64,000 bases of DNA. Source: Mobula hypostoma (Eukaryota). The notes beneath the pieces were generated by a model. It did not search any database and was not told the DNA's origin. It was given only the letters and a program-made list of their open reading frames with translations. Made by a program: the position numbers and the translations under genes. Positions 51,274 through 63,437 of this stretch are shown piece by piece. How positions within the stretch are numbered: position 1 is the first letter of the stretch; each line of letters opens with the position of its first letter. The stretch covers positions 34,722,001 to 34,786,000 of the forward strand of contig NC_086109.1 of assembly GCF_963921235.1 (NCBI RefSeq), given 5' to 3'.

Positions 51274-53620
51274 TGTTCATATGTTCCAAGTTTTTTATTC
51301 AACCTTGTTTGAAGGAGTCATTTGTATATCAACCAGTCTTTCATATGATCTGCAGAGCATTTTCTGCTCTGTAGTGTTACTTACTATCAAATTGGTTGTA
51401 AAATGTACATTGGATTTATGATGTATGCACAGGAGATGTGCAATTTGGTCTAACTATTAAATACATAAAACTTCAATTACTGTTATAATGGAAATGATAC
51501 TTTGAAACATTAAAACTAATTTTGAGCAACTGGTTGGAAGGACAAAATAGACAACAGTAAGACAAAAAGAAATTGCACAACATTTGTTAAATGCTGTTGT
51601 AGAAAATGAAACGTGTTTATAGATATGTCAAAATTAATATGAATTTCAAATTTGCTCACTGGTGACAGTTGGAAAGAATTACAAAAGAAATGCTTACTGG
51701 ATTAGTTTAACAGGCAAATGTTGCCAATGATGTGCTGAAACAAATTCTTTCACAGAACAAAGAGAAGCCGTAAAGGAATAGCACACAGAATGAAGCGCAA
51801 CTTTCCAAACCCTTAACAAGCAGAATGAATTCAGAAAATAACTGCCAAATAACATTGACACAAAGCCAAGGAAACACTCAAGTGAGCAAACCACTGTGAT
51901 TGGGAAAAACAAAGCAAGCAAAACACAAACTAACTCAACAGAGATTATGTTTGCGCCCTTACTGGATGGAAATAAACTCAGCTGGGAAAATGCTGCGATT
52001 TAATTTGATGGTGGTGACTAATTGCAGTAGACTACATGGAAAGCAGAAACAGGAACCAATCCCCCTTTAGGCTCACGTTTGAGAAGAAATGTGAAAAGGC
52101 CACTCGAAAAAAATGTTTCATGGCACTGCTCCCAATGATTCTATGGTTACATTATTCATGGCAGAAGGAGGGAGTACATCTGCATGATAAAGGTTTGTAA
52201 CTGATTGCTCAGACAGTGGTTTATATTTAATAACTTAAAAACTGGGCTGCATTTCTTTCATATGGTACACGGCTTTTAGATGTGACATGGCAATTTTTAA
52301 ATGGAAAATAGAATGCTAAAAGTCATCAGCATCTCCACAGAGTAGGATATTGAATAATAGTCCCTGTCTTTTTATGATGCATGGAAACATGGGGGTTGCT
52401 GGCCTTGTATTAATTAGCTTGCAACACCTCTGGATTCTGTGAAGTGCATGTAGGAAGGACTGTTATTCTAATATCATATGAAAGGTTTTCTAGAGTTGAT
52501 CTACCATGGAGTGTCTGCCATTAATGTTTCTAATGTTGCCTTTGTTGGTGGTGAAAGCCTTTCTCTGTTGGTAGTGGAGTAGGGTGCCTGGTAGAAGTGA
52601 GAGGGCATTCCATTTGCTTTAATCCCAACCATGACTGCCTCCTTTCCATTATGTGTGGTGTTTGCTCCAACTGCCGACCAACCACTTAAAGGCAAAGTTG
52701 CTCTGAATTATCTGTTTCTCATAGGTAATGCTTTTCTAGTTTAAGTATAGCCATTAGAAGGAGTGACCTTAGATTTGGATAGCTAAAACAAAATTGTAGA
52801 CTAGTTCATTTTTTGCTTCACATCAATTGTGAAATGTAATTTTGAATCTTGATTCTTTTATGTCAGTGGCATGCAATTGAAAATAAATTTTCCATCAGTG
52901 AAACATGATATCAATGATTTTTGCATCAGATGTGCATCTAATGGTTGTTGATCCCCTTATCCTTATCCCAGTAGTGCTTGTTGTTCGGCATTCCTGTAAC
53001 AATTAGGTTTTGCTATGCTTCTTTGGGCTGGGACCCAAATAATGTGATCTACTACTCATTGTCTATCCACTGCCCCCATTCCCACCCCAGACTCTGGCTA
53101 ACCAACTTCACAGATGAGTGGATAACTCAACCCAAGTTGGTCTAGGTTATAAGCTGACCTCTTCCAATTCTCCCCAGCCCTCACACTTGATCTCTGCTCA
53201 TCTAATCCATCAATTGTTCTATATTCCTGTTTTTGTTGGTTGTCGTCATTCCTGGCTCTTACCCATCATCCTCCAAACTCGCTTCCCCTGGCCTCCCAAA
53301 CCAGTTTATCCTCTGAACTGGCCAAATTCCCCAAACCTTTAGGCCAGGTGCCACATTTTCCTCTGAGGGCTCTAGAGCACACACTAAATCATGGGTGCTC
53401 CTGAAGCTTGCTGTGACAATTAAAGCGGGCTGGTCAACATTCATAATGATTGGCTTTTAACAGTAGTCTGCAAGTTTTAGCTCATAACCTTTTCACCTTT
53501 CCAATCACATGGAAGATAGATTTAGGCCGGTAGTTCTGACAACACTTAGAGGAAAAAAAATAATTTTAAACAACTGTAAAAATATTTTAAATACATTAAT
53601 AGTTAATGGAAAACTTTGAG

Positions 53621-54128
53621 CAATACACAAAATGCTGGAGGAACTCAGCAGGTCAGGCAGCATTTATAGAGGGGAATAACAATCACAATTTTGGGCCAAG
53701 ACTCGTCATCAGGACTGGAATGGAAGGGGGAAGAAGCCAGAATAAGGTGGGGTGATCAAGAAGGAATATAAGCTGGCAGATAATAGGTAAAGTCAGGTGA
53801 AGGCAAAGATAGGGGAGAGGGGGTTGAAGTGACAAGCTGGGAGGTGAGAAGGGATCTTCTCAATTTATCCACCACCCCCCCCCTCCCCACATCCCCACCT
53901 TACCTGTAACCACTCATCACCTGCTGGCTTGTACTCCTTCCCTTCCCTTAACCTTCTTACTCTGGCTTCTTTCTCGCCCCTCCCCCTTCCTTTCCGGTCC
54001 TGATGAAAGGTCTCATCCTAAAACGTTGATTGTTTATTCCCCTCCACAGATGTTGCCTGACCTCCTGAGTTCCTCCAGCACTTTGTGTGTTGTTTTGGAT
54101 TTTTAGCATCTGAAGAATCTCTTGTTTA
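53621..54128 (+). mobile_element. Long fold-back Penelope-terminus element with two hammerhead relics
   Basis: A purine-rich left arm mirrors a pyrimidine-rich right arm (imperfect, about 200 bp each). CTGATGA cores on the minus strand (~53706-53712) and plus strand (54000-54006). Confidence 0.85.
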
Positions 54129-55879
54129 TCAAAAATTTTGGCGTGGCTAATTTTAATAAATATCAAAGATTATAATTAGAAAAGAATGGTAAGAAAAATT
54201 ACAAGCAGTTCCTAGTTTGTGCTGAATTCTGTGTTTATTCCCATAGTAAAATCAATGTTGAAAATGTGGCTTTAGATAAAGATCAGGTTTTCACTTGTGT
54301 TTTGTTCAAGGCCATATGTGCTCTGAGAAGGCTTCTGCTCCTACTATGAGAACACTTTCTCATCTTGTCACAATATTGCATTATTGTAGCTCATGGTGTC
54401 TCAGGGAGCCAACAACTAAGCGTTACCAGATACATTAAAGCCTGATTACATCAGCTCAGTTTGCACTTAACTTTGGTTATGTGCCAATATTTGCTGTGCA
54501 AATTACAGCTGAGAGCCTAGCAAGTTCACATGCCAACTTAAAGCTTCAAAACAAAATCTTTGCAAACTCCAAGTTTTAGAAAGAAGGCAGGACTTTTTTT
54601 GAGCCCTAAACAAAGGAAAGACAAATCTGAAAGGAACACATGTATCCACATTACAAACACAACACACCATCAAAGAGGAGATTCAGAGAGACATTTTCTC
54701 CTAAAGCTAGATCGAGTAAATACAGAAAATTTCAGTTAGGAGGAAGTCAAGCTTATACAGCAGGCTATCCAATTTTCTGGTTAAATTGGATAGATCCCAT
54801 TGGTTTTGAAACTTCTGTCTCCTCTCTCCACTTGACTGCCCAGCCACCAATCATGAAAATCTGGAGCATTGACATTTCTCCATGATTCCCTGAGCCATAT
54901 TATTTGTTAAAACTTTTGGTGGTGGGACTTTAGTATGTTTGTGTCCCATTTGGGGGAATTGTAAATGCAATTCATAAGTAATAACTGGAAGAAGAGCAAT
55001 TTGAATTGCCTTAAGCACGTGTTAAGGTCTATATAAATGCAAATCATTTATGACAAATATTCATCCATACTAATAGAAACTGCAGGGCATTAAGCAGTCT
55101 ACCGACTAATCCAGATTTCAAGCCACTTTCATTGAAAATGAAGCCATAACACAGGATTCACTTAAGTTATTTTTTACCTCAAGTTTAAAGGTAGCCCTTG
55201 TCAAAATTTGCAAGATCTCATATTAACTGTAACTATAGCTTAGGCAGAATTAAATACTTTTTAAATTTGAAAACTGCTTTGATCATTCTTGTTGAGGCAT
55301 CCAAGTTGTTTTTCAGACTGAGTCTTAATATTTGCCTTATTAAAAATAAAATGTTTTTTCATTTTTCTACAGAGGCTCTCACCTTTTAATCAAAAGATGA
55401 GATTCTACCTCAACATCAATATTGCCAACTCTACCTTCTCTCAAGACTTCAAATTGAAATTGGATTTACTGTTGCTGGAAATCATAAATGCATTTATTGT
55501 GGTTTACAAAGCATATATACCATGTGGCCCAATGTGCCTGTGCCAATGTCTGTACTTTTCTGAACCTTGGGCTCCATTTCATCCAAACAATCAACATATT
55601 AATTAATTATTTTCTCCTATCTCTCATTTCAACTCCCTTGATTGCACCAATTTCATTTGTCTTGACTTGATCTGGTAACAAGTTCCACTTTCTGATATTT
55701 CTTTGGGTAGATGTGCTCTTTTTGTCTATTTATCTAAGTTGTGGCCCTTGGTTCTGTTCTCTTCACATAAAGATAATTCATTACAGCATTTCCAGGGATA
55801 TTTAAACCACAGCTCAGTACTTTTCCTGTTGAAAAGTTGATTGAATGCCTTATTAACTTGTTTTTTTAATTAATCTTTT

Positions 55880-56150
55880 TTTTTAAAACTGGGATAGCAA
55901 GACCAGACTTTACTGCCTTGAAAAGCTGGTGGTAATTCACTTTGTTGAACCACTGCAGGCCATCTTGTGAAGGGACTCGGAGTGTGCTGTTCAGTGTAAA
56001 CCCAGTGATAATGAAGGAATAGGACAATCCCAAATGCAAGTTGCGCATGGCTTACACATCGTTGTATCCCCATGTGCCTGATGTGTTCGTCCTCCATAGT
56101 GGAAGAACCTGTGGGTTTTTGAGACAAGCAACTGCAGTGCATTTTATGTG
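55880..56150 (-). mobile_element. Old CR1-clade 3' fragment
   Basis: CCTTGAAAAGCTGGTGGT..TTGAACCACTGCAG..ATGAAGGAA pattern. Confidence 0.5.
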
Positions 56151-57237
56151 AATTCTTTGTGTTCTTACTTTTAATGATTTGTAAGCCCGGCTGTTTGTTC
56201 ACTCATTTAGACCTTTATACTTTGATAACTATACAACCTCCCTTATTTGCCATTTATCTCTACTGAAACTCATCTGTCCCTTTCTCAAGGCTGTAAAAGA
56301 TTTTCTAGGAATAGAGACAAAAATCTGAAGACACTTATTGATAATGCAATAGTTGGAAGTAAACAGAAGAGTTCCTATTACATTATGAAAATAATTTCTT
56401 TCCTGACTTTCTAAGCATTCCTTAGATGCTTAATGTAGAAATGCGAACATGATCTTTCTCACCCACTATTTACTCTTACTGTAACTTGTAGTATTTGTGA
56501 ATGGCAGAACAGACTCAATGGGCTGAATGGTCTAACTTTGCTTCTACCTCTTATGGTCTTATAGTTCTGTCTACACTACTGCTACCACAAAATACATTTC
56601 ATGATTTGTCAGTGACAATAAACCTGATTTTGATAATGATTTTCTCTTCCCGGTCTTTTGTGATATTCGTAAAGGACAAAGAGTGGGAGGAATAAAAGAC
56701 TTTGGACAACAATAGATGATAGAAAATCTTTAAAAAAAAACAAGGCTTTAAGACTCTGGAACAGTTATCAAATGCTATGAAGTCTTTTGTCATGCAAGCA
56801 AGGGCAAGGAACTTTGTAAACTCTGTAATTAGAATGAGAGGGTCCAGAGGTTAAGGTGCAGACAAGAGTTCACAGGACTGATTTCAATGCTAAGTGATGA
56901 TTCATGATGCTATAGTTTATTACGTGCCCATTATGCTTCTCCCTCACAGTGATTTTCTTTTCTATTGAAGTGATTTCAATAAGCGCTAGAAGTATACGTT
57001 ACACATCAAAAGTTACTAACTTCCATTTTCCTATAATGGATTGCTGTAGAAGGGGCAACAATGGAGGGAAAAAAGTCATTTTAAGGTGTTAATTTTGAGA
57101 ATGTCACAATACAAAAGCAAGTACAAACATATTTAAACAGTTTTTTCCGGTTTAAAATTAAGTGTTTCGTAAAATTGTCTTTAATACATTACAAAAGCTG
57201 GGTGTTGGCTTATTTCAAAAGATATTTCAAAGGGTAG

Positions 57238-57334
57238 TAACACACACAAAATGTTGGAGGAAATCAGCAGACAAGGCAGCATCAATGGAAAAAAATACAG
57301 TTGTCTTTTCAGGCCAAGACCCTTCGGCAGGACT
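57238..57334 (-). mobile_element. Penelope-terminus element with CTGCCGA-variant motif
   Basis: Minus strand AGTC-CTGCCGA-AGGGTCTTGGCCT-GAAAA-GAC-AACTG. Confidence 0.78.
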
Positions 57335-57654
57335 TTTAAATGTTAGTATTGCTTAGAATTGAAAATACACTTGGACTGAGATGTTAACTGTCCTGTGCTA
57401 TCACCAGTGGGATCATCAGTTGATCTGTCACCTGTCTTCAGGAGCTTTGGCCCACTAATGGTCAAGATTCCCTCGAGGTAGTGGGCCAGCAGTGCTAAAG
57501 CACCACCTCCCACTGGTGAGCTTAAAAACTTGACATCTGCTTCTATCAGAGTTGTTGGTCGCTTCCATCCAACAGATAGTCTACTCTTCAGGTGCCTATG
57601 CAACTACTGAAGGGTTTGCAAAAGATGGATACACCGTCCGACTCTTTCACAGGA

Positions 57655-58860
57655 TACCTTTCCTGTGAGTAGGTGACCAAAACTGCACACAATACTCAAA
57701 GTTCAGCCTCACTAACATTATATAAAAAATTAAACATAACATCCCAACTCCTGTCCTAAGTGCTCTGAATTATGTAGGCCAATGTGCTAAAAGCTCCCTT
57801 TACGACCCTATCCATCTGTGGTATCACTTTTGAGAAATTAGATTTGTACTCCAGAACCTTTTGTTCTAACACATAGCTTAGTGCCTTGCCATTCACAGTG
57901 TAATTCCTACCTTGCTTTGTCCTGTCAAAGTGCAACATCCATCTGCCATTTTTCAGGCCATTTTTGCAGATGGTTCAGATCATGCTGCCAGCTTTGATTG
58001 TCTTCGTCACTGTCTACTATGCCACCAATTTTGATGTCCTCTGCAAATTTACTGATCCAATTTATCACATTGTCACCTAAATCATTAATATGGTTGATAA
58101 ACAACAGATCCAGCACTGATCCCAGAGGCACAACACTAGTCACAGGCCTCCTGTCAGAAAGAGAACCATCTAATACCACTCTGTGGCTTTTTTATCTCAG
58201 CTAACACTGAATCCAATTTACTACTTCATCCTGAATGACAAGTAATTAAACCATCTAGACCAGTCTCCCAGGCAGGACATTGTCAAAGGTCTTGCTAAAG
58301 TCCATGTAGATAACATTTACCACCTTTCCTTCTTTAACCTTCCCAATAACCTCCTCAAAAAAAAAGACTGTAAGATTGGTTGGATAAGACCTACCACACA
58401 CAAAGTCATTTGACTATCTCTAATCCTCTCCTTTTTATCAAAATATTTATATATTCTGTGCTTTAGAATGCCTTCCAATAGTTTACCCATGGGTGACGCC
58501 AGGCTCACTGGCCTGTAATGTCATGATTTGTTCCTAGGAACTTTCCTGAACAGCAGAATGACATTTGCTATCAGCCAGTCCGTTGGCAACTCGCATGTGG
58601 CTAAGGACATTTTAAATAGGGCCCTTGGCCTCTTGCAAGGTCCAAGGGGACATCTTTTCAGGCCTGGGGATAGGTCCACTCTAATTTACCCCAAGTTAGA
58701 AAGCACCTCCTCTTCTCTAAATCAGATATGGTCCATGACCCAACGACTCTTTTGTTCTGTAGATCCTGTGTTTGCCTCCTGAGTAAATACAGATACAAAC
58801 ATTTTGCTTAAGATCTCTCCCCATCTCTTTCGGATTCAAGCACAGATGACCACATCGGTC
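57655..58860 (-). mobile_element. Older CR1 RT fragment
   Basis: VTSVVPLGSVL..INDL..SKFAEDIKIGG, EKWQM, and GKLLEGILK. Confidence 0.88.
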
Positions 58861-59027
58861 TGAGTCACTTTATATGGATGTAATCATCTCAGGTTTCATC
58901 ATGAGTTCTGAGAATCCTTGCATTACTTCCTAAAATACAATACTTCATGGACTCCTGTGGTGCCCTGTGCAGAGAAAAAACTTGGGCAGCTTGCACGGTT
59001 GTCTGAGTATATACTCTGTATTTACAT

Positions 59028-59765
59028 ATAGATAGATAGATAGATATACTTTATTAATCCCGAGGGAAATTTGGTTTCGTTACAGCTGCACCAACCAAGA
59101 ATAGAGCGTAAATATAACAATACAAAACCCCCCAACAATCAAACAACAAAATGCAAACTATGCCAGATGGAAAATAAGTCCAGGACCAGTCTGTTGGCTC
59201 AGGGTGTCTGACCCTCCATGGGAGGAGCTGCACGTTCGATGGCCACAGGCAGGAACGACCTCCCGTGTCGCCAAGTGTCGTATCACGGTGGAATGTGGCC
59301 GAAGTCCAACGGTAAAAAGCTCAATATCCAGTCTGCAAACACGTTCCTCGATCGTAATATGCCCCGGATTGCACCATCCGTTGTTAACCAGATCAGTAAG
59401 CACCCAACTCCTTTACGCTTACCGCTCTCAGTGCACTTCCAGTCAGCCGGAACGGTATTACCCACCAAACTCCTCTTCTCTAAAAGTCTCTGTTGTCTCG
59501 ACCCGGTCCTCTTTCCTCGGCTTTGTGATCCCCCTCTGCATCCTCAGTGTGTTTTCCTCCGGATTTCAGCAGGGGTGTCTGCTGCTCTGTTCGCTAAACG
59601 GGCCGGTATTTGCTGTTCCGTGGAATACACAATGCGACCTTGCTTCTTTCCCACGTGTCGGGATGTAACCATTTCCAGTGCTAAAGAAAACCCAAATAAA
59701 ACTCTCTCTACCAGCATGTTAGTGAGGGTGCAGCTTCGATGTGTTACTGTGAGGAAAAAAAAAAC
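59028..59765 (-). mobile_element. Short internally deleted Rex1/Babar derivative (5' end + EN piece + 3' end)
   Basis: Minus strand reads GRIVYSTEQ..PAEIRRKTH*GCRGG (N-terminus), then ESGKRKG..VNNGWCNPGHITIEERVC..DIEL..GLRP (EN), then RHGRSFLPVAI (C-terminus), then GGGATTAATAAAGTA(TCTA)n. Confidence 0.82.
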
Positions 59766-62264
59766 AAAACATAAGGATGTGCATCCTTCAATAGTCTAGA
59801 TCTATCTTAGCTCTACTAATTCAACAAATGGCCAAAAAGCTGATTGAAGCCTGGGAGCATGGTCACAGTTCTGTCTGAGGCAAGATCCCCTAGCTACTGT
59901 TTCCTTCACTTCTCTGTTTTCTGGTAACAGCTTCTGAGGCATTTCCCAGAAGGTTCAATGAGTTTTGAGACAGGTTCTTGCTGGCTTGACATATTTTGAT
60001 TGTAGTCCCTAAGAAATACGTTTTCTTTTATGTTGGGAGAACAAAGTAGGAGATGTTGATTTAAGTACATCAGTAATCATTGGCATTACAATCTTTAGGT
60101 GGTTTTGACCATGAACAATGGCACATTCCTGGCCCAGACTGATCTGCAGTGCTTGGTCATTGAATGCATATAGAAGTACCAGTGTAGATGTCCTAAATGT
60201 TTGGTCACTGTATCATCTTTGTGCTAGAGAGTTTATCTATTGCACTGAGTTGCCAATGAGGTAGACTGGGTGCTATTGAAAGAGCAAGGGGTTATCACCT
60301 GTTACTCGAAGGTAATGTAGCCTGGGGAAAAAATACACACGCAGGACAACAAATACTTTTTCAGGTCTTAAATTCCTTTATCTGTTTTAGATGTTTTATT
60401 GCAGAAGGAGGGTATCAAGATAAAAACGACAAAATAAATTAAAAAAAAACAGTTTCTGCTATTACAATCTCACACCCCTGTTATGTATACAGTATGGAAA
60501 ATAACTAAAACAAAATATACAAAACCAATATGGTAGTGGCAAATCTAAAAAAAATACAAACAGCATTAGAATCCCACCAACCCGGTACCTTGTACACAAC
60601 ATCAAAAATATGAATAAATATATCTCATCTCAACTAAGAGATAAACTCACATTTGACACACATGTGCTTAACTTCCAATCACATGTAGGCTAGAACCTTG
60701 AAATGAGTTCTCCTTGCTCCGTGATCAGAAATTAACACTTTCACATTTAGTCACGAAACAATAATGAAGGACAAATAAACTTTTACAATATATTGCCTTG
60801 TATTGAATTACTAAAAAGACTAAACTAATAGGCTAGTTAAGGAACTTCACAATCAGGTTATCCAGCGCTGATCAATTTACTTGTGAAACTCTAAAGCATC
60901 CACATGTAAAACACATCAAGTTATTGATATTCTAGACTTACAAATGAGTATAAACGAATTTACATGGATATTATGAAATATTATTCACCTTTCCTCACCA
61001 AACTTGGGAAAAGCATTTGAGCGTCATCCTTTCTAGAACACGGTAACTCTTCGTTCTACTCCACCCATGCAAAATGACATCACCGTTTTCTCTTAAAGGC
61101 ACAAGCAGCTATTTTAGCATTACCAAGGTAAATACATAAGTGCACTTTAACAATAAAAAAAGATATTTAACAGTCACCAGGTTACAGTAGTATGAAACGT
61201 TATCATAAAAATATTTCTGGGACAGAGTTCTCTTGCATATTCTGCATTAGTGAGGTGGAAGGAGGGCAGTTTTGTTGGACGAGGCTTCCATGTGCAAAAT
61301 ATTCCTCCAAGATCATAAAGCCACCATTGATAGTTGTTTTTGCTTTGGTGAAAAATATTATTCTGTGACACCAGAGGAAGGTTGTTCACAAAACTTTCAG
61401 CTCTACTTTGGAATGTCAACTTGCTGCAGGTTATGTAAATCAGGAGTTGGTATAAGTTAACCATTTCTTCCCCGAAGAAACTATTTTATGGGCACCTATA
61501 TTGAGTTGTGTGGTTTAGAAGCCATTGCCTTTATTCTGACTAGTGCAGTAGATTATACATTTGAAATCTTTAAGGTAAGCTCTTTTCATCATTAATTGAC
61601 ATTGACAAATGAAAACTATGGAAACTACTGGTGTTCTGAGTTTGAGCTGGAAACCTGTTTTAATGTTGGAATTGAATGCTAGCACTTGGCTTTAGCAGGT
61701 TCTCTAGGTCTGGCAGCCTTTTTGATTTTATTTCTGATTTTAAACCCCTGAAGAAGCATTTCTCCATTGGTCCATAACCTGCCCACTGAGAGAATATTAG
61801 AAAGAAGCTTTTAAGAATGTGTACTGGATGTCTGGGCTGGAGAATGGCAATTACTATAGTGTATTATATAGTTTGGATTACTGTAATAATGTTTATGAAA
61901 AGGAAAATTATCTCCTCTCATCCTATTGCCCTGAGGCGAGGCAGGTACATATTAAAATCTATTTGTATTATTCTGCAACTTTGAGTTTGCTGATGATCAT
62001 TGCAGGACCATAGAGAGATCACAAAATTGCAAAGTAAGCTCAATATAAGGTATATTACCATTTATGTTAGTTCAATGTACGTCAAGTTAAAAATTCCCAA
62101 TTGTGTTTTAAATAGGTGAACTTTAAATAACAAGTCATAAATTTTACCTTATTGAATTTAGGCAGCTGAAATTACTTTACACAAATGGCAGGGTGACAAC
62201 TTCCTTGGAAATTTGACTTGCAGTGAGGGAACATTGCCAGCTTCAATGAAGTAAATGTGAACTG

Positions 62265-62489
62265 GCTGGTGCAGTGGTGTAGCTCGTAGAGTTGCTGTTT
62301 CACAACTCACGATCTCTGTTACTGTCTCTACGCAGTTTGCATATTCCTCCAGATGCACAGAATTCATCCTGCTTGCAATGCCATCTGTAGGTGAACTGGA
62401 CACTAAATTCTCCATCGTGTGTGTAGGATTGGGGTAAGTAGATGCATGCTGATAGGCCAAAGGGCCTGTTTCCATGCTGTATGACTCTA
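62265..62489 (+). mobile_element. HE1-like V-SINE, decayed
   Basis: tRNA-like head, AGTTTGCATATTC core, CR1-type tail GGCCAAAGGGCCTGTTTCCATGCTGTATGACTCTA. Confidence 0.65.
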
Positions 62490-62568
62490 CAGCTGAAGGC
62501 ATTCAATTTGCTCGAGGAACTGCCATCCTTTCAAGCAAAGTAATGGAAGAACAGAATTATCCGGTCAT

Positions 62569-62811
62569 AAACAAGGGAAAATCTGCAGATGCTGGAAATC
62601 TGAGCAACACACACTATTGCTGGAGGAACTCAGCAGGTCAGGCAGCAACTATGGAAAAGAATATAGTCAACATTTTGGACCGAGACCCTTCATCAGGACT
62701 CATGAATCAATTGAATATATCAGTTGAATCAACAGAGTCTTGATGAAGGGTCTTGGTCCAAAACATCGACTGTTTACTCTTTTCCATAGGTGCTGTGTGG
62801 CCTGCTAAGTT
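62569..62811 (-). mobile_element. Fold-back Penelope-terminus element with two divergent hammerhead relics
   Basis: GGACCGAGACCCTTCATCAGGACTC and GAGTCTTGATGAAGGGTCTTGGTCC are inverted around a spacer of about 33 nt. Confidence 0.88.
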
Positions 62812-62984
62812 ATAATTTTTTTTAACTTCTGGTTGGGCAGAAATACTTTGTTTCTGTAGACAATTTTCGCATTTGAAATACATGTAAGTACAACCAGGAT
62901 TCATGTAATCCAAGTGCCATCCCTCAACTGATACGTTATGCTGAGGCCACATCAGAGAGATAAATATTTTTATCATTTAATCAT

Positions 62985-63307
62985 TCACTGGCAAAGTGAA
63001 TACTTATTGTCTAGCCCTCTCTTCCCCTTGAGCTAATTAGATTGTAAAGCCATTTCAGAGAGCAGTCAAAACCACATTGCTGGGCCTGGAGTCACATACA
63101 GATCGGGTCAGTTAGATGGCTTTTCTTCTCCCAAACCCATTAATGAGCTTGAAATGCTTATGTGACAGTGGTCTCAGTATTTTATTTTTATTTCTCATAT
63201 ATCCAATTGATTTGTTTACATTCCTCAATTGCTATAGTGGAATTCAAACCATTTCACTGTCTGATCATCTGTGCCCTGGGCTTCTGGTTCAAGTAACTTA
63301 ACTCACC
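62985..63307 (-). mobile_element. Deu-core SINE (SacSINE1-like)
   Basis: CCATTTCAGAGAGCAGTCAAAACCACATTGCTGGGCCTGGAGTCACAT is the antisense of the Deu core. Confidence 0.65.
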
Positions 63308-63324
63308 TTTTCACTACGTATCAC

Positions 63325-63437
63325 GCAAAACACTAGAGGTCCTCAACAGGCCAGGCAGAATCTGTGGAAGAGAGCAAATTGTTGATGTTTTCGGCTGAGA
63401 TCGTTCATCAGGACTGATTTCCAGCATCTCATGTTTA
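63325..63437. mobile_element. Collapsed fold-back Penelope-terminus element
   Basis: The left arm ending TTCATCAGGACT joins directly to the opposite-orientation tail GATTTCCAGCATCT. Confidence 0.65.

Noticed and set aside
59204..59799. Overlapping 154-aa and 193-aa + strand ORFs as novel genes
   Set aside because: They are antisense to the Rex1-derived mini element and have no recognisable protein features.
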